Shown here one piece after another: positions 19,376 to 28,546 of a stretch of DNA of 31,462 nucleotides (the stretch's first letter is position 1; every line of letters starts with the position of its first letter). This DNA comes from Alphaproteobacteria bacterium (GTDB lineage: Bacteria; Pseudomonadota; Alphaproteobacteria; UBA8317): positions 1 to 31,462 of the forward strand of contig JAYPQH010000009.1 of assembly GCA_038131935.1 (NCBI GenBank), given 5' to 3'. The notes beneath the pieces were generated by a model. It made no database searches. It was not told where the DNA came from and worked only from the letters and a program-made list of their open reading frames with translations. The translations under genes were made by a program, and so were the position numbers.

Positions 19376-19753
19376 ATGTACAAGCCTAAGTTTGTCCGAA
19401 ATAAGCGGGATTTTCGAAAGTTAAAATTTATCGATGGTTATGCGTTGGCCGAAATCGATGTCGAATCACTTAAGAACCTCATAATTATGAATGCTGAACG
19501 CTGTGAAAGTCCTAGACTCTATAGGGTTCGCGAATCCATAAGATCAAATGGCTACAACAATTCAGAACCAATTTTGGCCTCAATCAGCAAAAAAGGAACA
19601 TTGGTTATCCATGATGGCGGACACAGAATCACAGCGGCTCAACAGGTCCATGGAGAGCTTTTGAGCAACCTTTTTTCTGAAAAGGTTACACGCTTGGTAT
19701 TTCTTATACAAAGGACACGCTCTTTACATAAAAAAATACCCGCGCGCCTATGA
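19376..19753 (+). CDS. Stand-alone ParB/Srx N-terminal domain protein
   Basis: ESIRSNGY...PI......VIHDGGHRITAA matches the ParB/Sulfiredoxin core. Confidence 0.7.
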   Translation: MYKPKFVRNKRDFRKLKFIDGYALAEIDVESLKNLIIMNAERCESPRLYRVRESIRSNGYNNSEPILASISKKGTLVIHDGGHRITAAQQVHGELLSNLFSEKVTRLVFLIQRTRSLHKKIPARL

Positions 19754-19783
19754 CCATGGTTCAGATATCGTGCAAGATGATGA

Positions 19784-20267
19784 TCAAATAATCTTCCATT
19801 GACCATCTGGCTGACGGCAGGCGGTTCCATAAGCACTCTGTTTTTCCTGGCCTACAATAATGGTTTGCTGGAATTCCCGACAATAGGCGCCTGATGCATC
19901 TTTCCCATCCCGGATGGGAACCACGGTACCACGTGCTGGCTGCGCTATTGTTAGGATTGGACCATGTAATTTGCGTTCCTAAAGGTGCTGTGTAAGACGT
20001 TTTTACAGCATTAGAGGCCAATCCTGTCGAGCGCTCATCAAGTTTGGCACCAACAGCACTTCCAGCCAGTGCACCAATAGCAGCACCAATCGCCGCCGCA
20101 GCAACACGCCCTTTGCCTTCGCCTACCTGAGCACCAAGCAAACCACCTGCAATACCGCCCAAGAGCGCTCCTGTTGATTGGTTTGTTGCTTCTGATTGCA
20201 AGGACTGACAAGAGGATAAGGTCAACGCCAGAAGTATACTTAAACTTGCTTTCTGAGAAATACGCAT
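19784..20267 (-). CDS. 17-kDa surface antigen family glycine-zipper lipoprotein (frameshift near 19915-19930)
   Basis: Lipobox LSSC, glycine zipper GALLGGIAGGLLG..G.G.G, W.NP, then shifted frame YCREFQQTIIVG....AYGTACRQPDGQWKII with stop at 19784. Confidence 0.92.
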
Positions 20268-20377
20268 ATTTCTAAATCCTTTCGTTATTTATGAACACTG
20301 CTTTGTTCCGCCCATATAACCGGTACACGTTTACCCTTTTGCAAAAGGTCCAACGTCTGAGATAAGGAATACCTCAA

Positions 20378-21748
20378 TTAGGCGAAATTTAGGCTAATAG
20401 GCTCACCATTCGAAAAAAAGGATGCGAATGTTTGCACCAATCTTTGTTGATTAGGAATTGCAAATATTTGTGAGACCATGTCCGCAACTTCTTTATTCAA
20501 CCGTTCTTCACCTATTGTTTTTTTCAAAACTTCTCTAATGATATCCTGCAAAGGTGTCCGCTCCATCACCAGATGAATTGATTTGACGAGATCTGCCTTT
20601 TGGGTAAGCGAAAGCTCTCCCTTGAAAACATTGTTAGAAAACGCGCTTTTGATTTTGGTGGGCATTGGAAATCTATCCCATTCCAATGAGACAAAACCCT
20701 TTGACCCCTCAAAGCCCAATAAGGATAAGACAAACTCTGATGATTTTTGCCCGCCACGAAGCAAAGGTTGCATAAGGTTGATCTTCATACCGCCATGTGG
20801 CTGCACCTCTGCAAAAAGTTTCGTCCCCAAAATTTGAAACTGGTCTTGTGTCCCTTGTCGAAATTCAGGTTGTATGACCGTGACTTTTCGGATGCCAAAT
20901 GTTTTATTTTCCAACGTATGCAGATCGATGGTCGCGTTGATATTTTTTGCTGCATAGAGTTTTGGCGTATCTGTGTGTACATCAACATATTCGACATTCT
21001 TCATCATAAGCTCAGAGGCCGTATCCTCATCGCGTACAGTGTTGAGTGACATGAATTCAGATCTCACACCCCTGTTTTCTAGTGATATATAGAGATTTTC
21101 AGCTTCAATAGATTTGACGTCCACAAGGCTTGATAAACGTGCGTTAGGATCACGTGAAACAAGAGAGGGAAGTTGATTGATAGGAAACCCATGAAAGGTC
21201 AAACGCTTGGCAGACAAAAAGGAAGACTCAACATCCCTGAAGGTACCAGCCAATTCCTCTATATTTTTCATCACAAGATCGGCTTGTTTAAAACGAACAA
21301 ATCCGGTTGATTGCGCAACAGTTACCTCACTTCTATATGGATAGACTTCACGAATACCTAACAATCCTTGATAAAATTCGTTGAGCGTAAAGAACAATTT
21401 TGCATTTGTTTTTCCCATATCTAAGGTTTCACCATTGGGTAAAAGAATAGATATCGGCTCAAACTCCATCGTAACATGACCAGCAGCCAGGTTTGGCTTT
21501 AGAATCACTGAGGGGATGGAAACAACAGCGCCGTTGCGCGACCGCAATTCTAATCCCTCAACACGCAAATCTACCAAGCCCTCACGTGACACAGCCTTGT
21601 ATTCAATAGTGTAGACGGCCTGTCCTCTATAGGACGCACTTTCAACTGCGCGTTCAAATCCATCGCGAACAAGTGACCCTAAACCCAAAACGACAGCGCC
21701 GCCTGAGATGAACAATAAAAACAAAATGATCAAATAATGAGGTCTCAT
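20378..21748 (-). CDS. Hypothetical membrane-anchored protein (~456 aa)
   Basis: Long intact ORF with an N-terminal TM helix and beta-strand-rich body; no recognised motif. Confidence 0.8.
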   Translation of the reverse strand: MRPHYLIILFLLFISGGAVVLGLGSLVRDGFERAVESASYRGQAVYTIEYKAVSREGLVDLRVEGLELRSRNGAVVSIPSVILKPNLAAGHVTMEFEPISILLPNGETLDMGKTNAKLFFTLNEFYQGLLGIREVYPYRSEVTVAQSTGFVRFKQADLVMKNIEELAGTFRDVESSFLSAKRLTFHGFPINQLPSLVSRDPNARLSSLVDVKSIEAENLYISLENRGVRSEFMSLNTVRDEDTASELMMKNVEYVDVHTDTPKLYAAKNINATIDLHTLENKTFGIRKVTVIQPEFRQGTQDQFQILGTKLFAEVQPHGGMKINLMQPLLRGGQKSSEFVLSLLGFEGSKGFVSLEWDRFPMPTKIKSAFSNNVFKGELSLTQKADLVKSIHLVMERTPLQDIIREVLKKTIGEERLNKEVADMVSQIFAIPNQQRLVQTFASFFSNGEPISLNFA

Positions 21749-21794
21749 GAATCTGATATAAACAAAAATCATTGCGTGTTCAAAAACAATTCAA

Positions 21795-21840
21795 TTCCGT
21801 TATTTTTGGTTTTGGTTCAACCACCAAAATTTGGACGGAA
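21795..21840. repeat. 46-bp imperfect palindrome over the recombinase stop codon
   Basis: Nested arms TTCCGT/ACGGAA, TTTTGGT/ACCAAAA and GGTT/AACC. Confidence 0.5.
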
Positions 21841-22314
21841 ATACTGATGGTTTCGCTTTGTGCGACGGTGTTGTTTTACAACATAGGGGGCATGAACATG
21901 GATAGGATCTGCACCAATAGGAAATGCTTGCCCCCAAACATAAAAACGAAGGCTGCAAACACCGCTATGTCCTAGTGCCATTGCAATTGATGAGGCTTTC
22001 CAGCCGGTCATCTTCAGATAACGTGCAAAATTCCTTCTTAAATCATAGGGCTTGAGGCCATAATATGTACGTAATATTTTTCGCTGTTTGTATAAAGACA
22101 AAGAGACTTGGGATTGAGTAGAAGCCATGGGCAAAACCATGACAGGATACCAGATGACGCGCCAAGGTTGTCCCTTTTCGTCATCAACCTTAATACCATT
22201 GATACGAATCCCAACCCAAGAATGTAACCATAACAATTCCACGCCATGGGCCAATTCGAGAGGGCGTAATCCAGTTAAAAACATAATTTTCACGGCCAAC
22301 AAATCTTTTGTCAT
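21817..22314 (-). CDS. Minimal tyrosine recombinase/integrase (catalytic domain only)
   Basis: Box I TGLRPLEL, Lys in GIKV..KGQPWR, box II PYDLRRNFA, LGH and nucleophile Tyr in SLRFY. Confidence 0.8.
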   Translation of the reverse strand: MTKDLLAVKIMFLTGLRPLELAHGVELLWLHSWVGIRINGIKVDDEKGQPWRVIWYPVMVLPMASTQSQVSLSLYKQRKILRTYYGLKPYDLRRNFARYLKMTGWKASSIAMALGHSGVCSLRFYVWGQAFPIGADPIHVHAPYVVKQHRRTKRNHQYFRPNFGG

Positions 22315-22475
22315 AAACCCTCAAACCAACAGAGTAATGCACAAAATGATATAGGAGCCGATGTTGAGTCAGGGGACATATGCTGAGGTAATTGTTGAAG
22401 AAAAAATCAAACCAAGCATACTCAAGGAACTTTAGCACAATAATGTTTCAGGTTGATGTAAAAGGCGTCAAAGAA

Positions 22476-22499
22476 TTCCTCTTCTCAGCGAAAGAGGGA
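22476..22499 (-). terminator. Probable intrinsic terminator of the SLT gene
   Basis: Minus strand TCCCTCTT-TCGCTGAG-AAGAGGAA followed by TTCTTT, 30 bp after the stop at 22530. Confidence 0.55.
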
Positions 22500-22529
22500 T
22501 GTCAATGAAATACATGTGCGAGACCAACA

Positions 22530-23120
22530 TCAACGAAACTGGTTTTCACACTGCAACAATTGGCGGTAATATCGGTCAGCTTGATTCTGGACTTTGTTCG
22601 CAGTGTTTTTCAGCCATGCGTTGTTTTTCCACTTCCCACGACCATATCCTGCATGCCCAACATAGTAGGCAATATAATGTGAGCGAACATCCCGCATATC
22701 AATATTATGAAGCCTCGCTGTTTTTCTTGTGTACCAACCAATAAAGTCAGATGCATCATCCATATCATCGCGATCAGCACCCCGGTTGCCCGTTGCTTTT
22801 TGGTAATCCTTCCATGTTCCATCCAAGGCCTGTGCATAACCATAAGCAGAACTGACACGTCCGGTGGGAATAAATAAAAAATAAGTTTTAGGCGGGCGCG
22901 CTTGATGACGAAATGAACTTTCCTGACGGATGATCGCAAGCTGTGCCGATATTGGTATGCCATATTTTGCACGGGTGGACGCCATAGCATCATACCAATC
23001 TTCATGTTCTTCAAAAATATCGCAAGCATCATCTGGATTGGAAGGCACATTTTTTGAGGCACAGGATACCAAAGCCATAAAACCTATTAGCCAAATACCG
23101 AACTTCAATGATAAAGGCAT
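22530..23120 (-). CDS. Lytic transglycosylase SLT-domain lipoprotein
   Basis: Lipobox LVSC, AIIRQESSF catalytic Glu, SSAYGYAQALDGTW..Y, D..DFIGWY. Start taken at ATG 23120. Confidence 0.9.
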   Translation of the reverse strand: MPLSLKFGIWLIGFMALVSCASKNVPSNPDDACDIFEEHEDWYDAMASTRAKYGIPISAQLAIIRQESSFRHQARPPKTYFLFIPTGRVSSAYGYAQALDGTWKDYQKATGNRGADRDDMDDASDFIGWYTRKTARLHNIDMRDVRSHYIAYYVGHAGYGRGKWKNNAWLKNTANKVQNQADRYYRQLLQCENQFR

Positions 23121-23175
23121 ACATTCATCCAATTCATTTGCACCAACATCGTGAAACCGTAACCCGAGCCTTACC

Positions 23176-24297
23176 ATGTTACAATTCTTAAAATCTATTA
23201 TTATCCAATTGATTACAATTATAATCGGCCTGCCTATTGCCATTATGTTATCGGTCATATGCGTATTGATGTTTGCAACGCTGGCTGTTGAAACCGGCGG
23301 AGAATTTTTGATTAAAAGCTATTTTGATATCCAGGAAGATGCGGAAATCTCCATAGATGAGGAAGAGGCTCCCTCCAACATCATTGCCGTTATCGATATA
23401 ACCGGCCCTATCATTGCAACAAACCCATTTGGTCCAGATGATTTATCTTATACCCCACCAGGGGTAACCATAGGTCGAGCGGTTGCGAAGGGTATAAACA
23501 CAGCAGCAGAAAATAAAAACATCAAAGGTATTTTGCTTCGTGTATCATCTCCAGGTGGTTTGATTGAGCCTGCAGTAGATATTTCTTCAGCGATCAAACA
23601 ATACAGAGATAAAACAGGAAACCCCGTGGTCGCCCACATATCAACGCTTTCTGCAAGTGCAGCGGTTTATGCAACCGCAACGGCATCTAAAATTGTTTCT
23701 GCGCCAGGCTCATTAATTGGCTCAATAGGCGTATTAGGCCCTCAACTGGTTTATTATGACCAGCCTATATCACTTAACAATGGATTACTGGGTGGCGGCA
23801 TTACAACCAAGAATGGCATTTCAGTTCATGTGATTCATGCAGGCAAAGGAAAAGAATTAGGTAATCCATTTCGTCGTCCTACTGATGAAGAAATTGCCCA
23901 TCTTCAAAATGGCGTAAATGAGTATTATCAAGATTTTGTTGAACATATGGCACTTCACCGAAACATGGATGAAAATACTATTCGCGATGAGATGGGTGCA
24001 AAGATTTACACAAACAAAGCAGCGCTTCGTTACAAACTCATTGACAATGTGGGTGGATTTGATGACGCCCTTGAAATGATACGGGAAATGGGTGGATTGG
24101 ATGACTATGAACTCAAATACCAAAAGCCTGATGATATAAATCCATGGATGCTTTTAGATCTGTTAGGTGCAAACGCCACCAAAAGAGATATCTTATCTTC
24201 ACAAGATCAAGGGCAAATCTGCAGTATTATATCTCAAGCACCTGTTAGCATGATGTACCCAAACCATCCTTGGCACGGCTGTTTACAAAAATTATGA
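23176..24297 (+). CDS. sppA: S49 family signal peptide peptidase (SppA-like)
   Basis: N-terminal TM, LRVSSPGG, SASAA.Y, GSIGV, AG..K, F...A..R, LID.VG. Confidence 0.9.
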   Translation: MLQFLKSIIIQLITIIIGLPIAIMLSVICVLMFATLAVETGGEFLIKSYFDIQEDAEISIDEEEAPSNIIAVIDITGPIIATNPFGPDDLSYTPPGVTIGRAVAKGINTAAENKNIKGILLRVSSPGGLIEPAVDISSAIKQYRDKTGNPVVAHISTLSASAAVYATATASKIVSAPGSLIGSIGVLGPQLVYYDQPISLNNGLLGGGITTKNGISVHVIHAGKGKELGNPFRRPTDEEIAHLQNGVNEYYQDFVEHMALHRNMDENTIRDEMGAKIYTNKAALRYKLIDNVGGFDDALEMIREMGGLDDYELKYQKPDDINPWMLLDLLGANATKRDILSSQDQGQICSIISQAPVSMMYPNHPWHGCLQKL

Positions 24298-24317
24298 CGC
24301 GAACAGGGTAAGACAAT

Positions 24318-24755
24318 CTATCCTTGGTTGATTTCCAAACGGCGATATACAAAACGCCACAACCGACCAATCCAAGGTACGTGAACAAATATCTGTGAAC
24401 CAGGGTCCCAGTGGTCCTCATGTCGGCAAAGCAGACCATCATTGAACGTTAACTCAGACATACCGCGAATAACCCATGTTTTATTACTTTTTGCAGGGAT
24501 AAAGGTCATCTTCCAACGCCCCATAAGTACGTCATTGGATGTTTGTGTATGGCACCATGTAAACTGGAATTCACGACAACGTTCTCTAACGTCATTGAGC
24601 ATAGCACGGTAACCAGTTGGGCCAGAAAGTTCGTTAAAAGGGTCAAGAAATATGACATCCTTAGCACAATGACCAACCAGCCATTCTATATTCTCATCTT
24701 GAAGAGGACGCTCTAACCGATCAGCAAATTCCATTATAAGATCTTCTTGGTTCAT
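24318..24755 (-). CDS. SnoaL-like / NTF2 family protein
   Basis: DV.F.DPFN...G, W.M.F, G.S, H.DHWD....F..VP..G pattern. Confidence 0.88.
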   Translation of the reverse strand: MNQEDLIMEFADRLERPLQDENIEWLVGHCAKDVIFLDPFNELSGPTGYRAMLNDVRERCREFQFTWCHTQTSNDVLMGRWKMTFIPAKSNKTWVIRGMSELTFNDGLLCRHEDHWDPGSQIFVHVPWIGRLWRFVYRRLEINQG

Positions 24756-24768
24756 CTATTTACCCATC

Positions 24769-25521
24769 TCAACTTTTTGGCTGAAAAAGGCTTGTGAGCC
24801 GCAATGATAAACCGTAGGGAAGGGCACGTAACAAGCGCAACGCCCAAACCAACTGCCACGGAAAAGATATTTCAAAAGTATTTTTCTGAAGACCTCTATA
24901 AATACGTTGTGCAGCATCTTCTGGCTCCAAAAGAAATGGCATTGGAAAATCATTTTTATCTGTAAGAGGCGTACGAACAAAACCAGGGCTGACCAAACGT
25001 AGGTCAATGCCATAGGAACGCAACTCAACATGCATGGTTTCACACATATTGATAAGACCAGCCTTGGTTAATCCATATGCAGAGGCTGTCGGTAACCCAA
25101 TGTAACCCGCTACAGAAGATACCACAGCAATTTGACCCGTTTGATATGTTTTCATAACATCAATTGTGGGAAGCAAACTGTTAACCACGCCCATAATGTT
25201 GATATCAACCAATTGTTGAAAAACTGCATGATTGTAATTTTCGGGTAACAAAGGGTTATGCGTGCCAGCATTCAGAATAGCAACGTCAAGACGTTGGTAT
25301 GTTGCGTTAATCTTTGATAAAATATCACGCATGGCTTCTTCGTCGGTGACATCTCCTGGACAAACCAAGTGACCATCACCAACCAGCCTTGACTTCACCT
25401 GCACAAGTTTGTCCTCATTTCTTGCCGTAAGAACAACGTTAAAATTTTTCTGTGCATATAAAACCGCTAGTGCGGCTCCTAAGCCTTGTGATGCCCCCGT
25501 AATCCATACCACCTTCGGCAT
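24769..25521 (-). CDS. SDR family oxidoreductase
   Basis: VWITGASQGLG, LNAG, SSVAGY.GLP...AYGLTK, PGFVRTPLTDKNDFPMPF. Confidence 0.95.
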   Translation of the reverse strand: MPKVVWITGASQGLGAALAVLYAQKNFNVVLTARNEDKLVQVKSRLVGDGHLVCPGDVTDEEAMRDILSKINATYQRLDVAILNAGTHNPLLPENYNHAVFQQLVDINIMGVVNSLLPTIDVMKTYQTGQIAVVSSVAGYIGLPTASAYGLTKAGLINMCETMHVELRSYGIDLRLVSPGFVRTPLTDKNDFPMPFLLEPEDAAQRIYRGLQKNTFEISFPWQLVWALRLLRALPYGLSLRLTSLFQPKS

Positions 25522-25533
25522 GATCGCGCTCCT

Positions 25534-26546
25534 TTAAAGCCATCCCGAAAGTTCACGACGAGAAATCTGTTCCAGCATATCAATAGACTCAATTGAGCTA
25601 TTCAAACATGGGATTGTTTTGAATGATGTGCCGCCGGCATCTTCGTATTCTTCATGAACACCAATGGCTATTTCCTCCAAAGTCTCAACACAATCTGACA
25701 CAAAACCAGGGGTAACAACAGCGACAGATTTTTGTTCAACACCTAATTTGGTGACAACTTTATCTGTGTAGGGTTGAAGCCATTCCTGCGGACCAAACCG
25801 TGATTGAAAGGTTACTTGGAAGCTTTCTGTGTCCCTGCCTAAACGCTCCCGCAACAAACGACCAGTTTTCTGACAATGGCAGTGGTAGGGATCACCTTTT
25901 TCGAAATAACTCACAGGCAATCCATGAAAACTCGATACAATGACATCAGGCTTAAAGTCCTGGTCGTTAAGATATTTGTCCACCGATCGTGCAAGTGCAT
26001 CAATATATGCTTCATCATCATGAAAAGGTGGTACTGTCCTAAGAGATGGTTGCCACCTCATTTTCATAAGCTTACGGAATATTTCATCCATGACGGTAGC
26101 CGTGGTTGACGCAGAATACTGAGGATACAGTGGAAAAATCAGAAGCCGGTCTACACCTTGATCCTTCATATTTTGCAAAACATCACCAATCGCTGGATCT
26201 CCATATCTCATCGCAAAATCCACGATAACTTGCTCTGAAGCAAAGCGTTCAGAAAGTTTTTCGGCTTGAGACCTAGTGTAGGTAAGCAAGGGGATTCGTT
26301 GTTTTTACCCCAAATTTTGGCATATGCTCGGCCTGATTTTGATGGCCTAAAGGTCAAGATAATCAGATATAAAATTGGCAACCAAATTACCCTTGGGACC
26401 TCTATAACACGGGTGTCAGATAAAAATTGGCGGAGATAGGCGCGCATGTTCCAGTAATCTGTACCTTTTGGGGTACCTAAATTAATCAAAAGGATTCCAG
26501 TTTTTCCAAATTTTACTTCAGGGTGACTATCTGGCCATACCGCCAT
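25534..26546 (-). CDS. hemH: Ferrochelatase (frameshift near 26290)
   Basis: ILLINLGTP, FLSD.RVIE, PLYPQYS, SFHGLP, FQSRFG..EWLQP, DCVETLEE. Confidence 0.97.
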
Positions 26547-26663
26547 ATTCTTTATTCCTTTTCATTTTTTCTTTTGTTAGTCGTCATAGCTATCGGTTGT
26601 AAACTTCGTCCACCGTGATGTATGTCAGATTTTCATTTTTGTAAGGTTAAAGAATGTGTTGTT

Positions 26664-27092
26664 ATGAATATTGATTGGTTATCATTCACACCTGGACCAT
26701 CACTTATCGGTGGCATGTTGATAGGTTTGGCTGCATCACTGCTTTTGTTGGGCCAAGGACGCGTCTTAGGTGCCAGTGGCATCCTCCTCTCAGCATTTGT
26801 CGAAAGAGCTGGATGGAGACGAATTTTTATAGCAAGTGTTTTCATCACGCCATTAATTCTTATGCAAACAAACATCATTCCTTCGAACATAACGCCAGTG
26901 GATGAAATATGGCGCATTATTTGTGGAGGATTGTTGGTTGGTTTTGGAGCGCAATTGGGCTCTGGTTGCACATCTGGGCATGGTATCTGTGGCCTGGCAC
27001 GATTATCAAAAAGATCTCTCGTTGCTGTGGTGACGTTTATGGTGACCGCTATGCTTACAGTAGCACTGCTTGGAACAGGTATAAATTCATGA
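26664..27092 (+). CDS. YeeE/YedE family sulfur-compound transporter, first half-type subunit
   Basis: GG.LIG.AA, GR..G.SGI, GSGCTSGHGICGLARLS.RS. Confidence 0.92.
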   Translation: MNIDWLSFTPGPSLIGGMLIGLAASLLLLGQGRVLGASGILLSAFVERAGWRRIFIASVFITPLILMQTNIIPSNITPVDEIWRIICGGLLVGFGAQLGSGCTSGHGICGLARLSKRSLVAVVTFMVTAMLTVALLGTGINS

Positions 27093-27520
27093 CGTTCATT
27101 ATTCCTATCTTATCTGGTGCTCTCTTCGGCGCGGGTCTGTTGGTGTCAGGCATGACAGATCCTTCTAAAGTTCTTGGCTTCTTAAACATCTTTGGTCTCT
27201 GGGATCCTAGCCTTGTTTTGGTTATGGGTGGGGGATTAATTGTCTCTTTTTTGGGTTCAAGATGGGCGCAAGGCACGCAAAGGCCTTGGTTTGACATCAC
27301 ATTTTCCTGGCCTAAAAAACAGAAAATTGATGGAGCTTTGGTCATTGGGTCGGCTATTTTTGGTATTGGGTGGGGACTAGCAGGCATTTGCCCCGGGCCT
27401 GCTATTGCAGGGTTGGGTTCATTCATCCCATCAATCATATTGTTTTTTCTACCAATGATAGCAGGACTGTTTTTAGGTCATTGGACACGAAATTTCTGGG
27501 AATCAAAAAATGTTGGATAA
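27089..27520 (+). CDS. YeeE/YedE family (DUF6691-type) second subunit
   Basis: GL.VSGM..P.KV.GFL...G.WDPSL..VM and FG.GWGL.G.CPGP; ATGA overlap with the upstream gene. Confidence 0.92.
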   Translation: MTFIIPILSGALFGAGLLVSGMTDPSKVLGFLNIFGLWDPSLVLVMGGGLIVSFLGSRWAQGTQRPWFDITFSWPKKQKIDGALVIGSAIFGIGWGLAGICPGPAIAGLGSFIPSIILFFLPMIAGLFLGHWTRNFWESKNVG

Positions 27521-27839
27521 GATAAATTTTAATGATGCGGGACTTGTTCCTGCTATCGCACAAGATGTCGTCACCGGTGATGTTTTGATGTTGGCATGGA
27601 TGAATGAAGAATCCATTTTAAGAAGCCTCGAAGAGAAAAGAGCAGTTTATTGGTCTCGATCACGGCAGGAATTATGGCGCAAAGGTGATACGTCGGGGCA
27701 CATACAGGAACTTGTTTCCGCATCACTTGATTGCGATGGAGACACAATTCTACTCAAAGTTAAGCAAACGGGTCCAGCTTGCCATACAGGATCAAAAACA
27801 TGCTTTTTTAGAGATTTAGAGCGCGAAGTATCTGCCTAA
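27510..27839 (+). CDS. hisI: Phosphoribosyl-AMP cyclohydrolase
   Basis: [43 protein letters not shown]. Confidence 0.97.
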   Translation: MLDKINFNDAGLVPAIAQDVVTGDVLMLAWMNEESILRSLEEKRAVYWSRSRQELWRKGDTSGHIQELVSASLDCDGDTILLKVKQTGPACHTGSKTCFFRDLEREVSA

Positions 27840-28465
27840 TTGACGAGGCTCATAAACAAACTCAGCATCTTTAAATAGAAATGACATGCCTGACCACCCA
27901 TAGGTTGGCGTGGTTGTTAATGTTATTTTTAGATCACCCGTAGAAGTCCAAATCGTTGCAGCTTCTACCGCGCCTTGATGAACAATACTAGCCGGCCGCT
28001 TTGTCCAGTTTACTTGAAAGACTTTTCCATCCTGTGTTTCCAGGAGTTGTTGAGACCCTGGCAACGCCATGTTCCAATAAGCCGTTGGTAATATGTAAGG
28101 ACGTGTGGTGGTTTGACCATTCACAGTTCCTTTGAAGTTGTTATCTTCCAAGGTGAAATTCAGATCTGTTTTTCGTCCATTTCTGTTGGTGGACGCAATC
28201 AGTTGTTGCAAACGACCTTTGTTCCAAATTTCCTTTATATCATGATCATAGCGATAAAGGTTACAGGACCGAACCCTACTCTAAATTCAATATGGGTATG
28301 CGCTTGAAATTTTTCATCTGTCCCCGTTGTGATAATTTGATGTTCTCCAATCAATGACCCATTACGCTTGACATCAAAGAGCCAGCGATGAGGCAGCGCC
28401 CAAGAGCTTTGCGGTGCCAACAATGAAGCTGATGCTGTCAATAAAAAACGACGTCGCGTGTGCAT
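27816..28465 (-). CDS. Tat-exported DUF6134-like protein (frameshift near 28210-28245)
   Basis: TRRRFLL twin-arginine signal, F.V.R.G..IG.H, T..NG, PT.YWN, LL.TQ.G. Confidence 0.7.
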
Positions 28466-28546
28466 GCTCAATCTATCCCACTATAAGCGCTGAGTAGCGA
28501 CATCAGATTTTCACTGATATCACGTTTATGAGGATATAGGCAGTTA

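Noticed and set aside
20293-20308. GAAC-N8-GTTC as an SOS box
   Set aside because: It fits neither the Gram-positive GAAC-N4-GTTC nor the alphaproteobacterial direct repeat.
19376-22314. Prophage, plasmid or integron spanning the ParB-like gene to the recombinase
   Set aside because: No structural, replication or transfer genes, no tRNA target, no flanking att duplication and no attC consensus were seen. The enclosed lipoprotein is a typical chromosomal gene.
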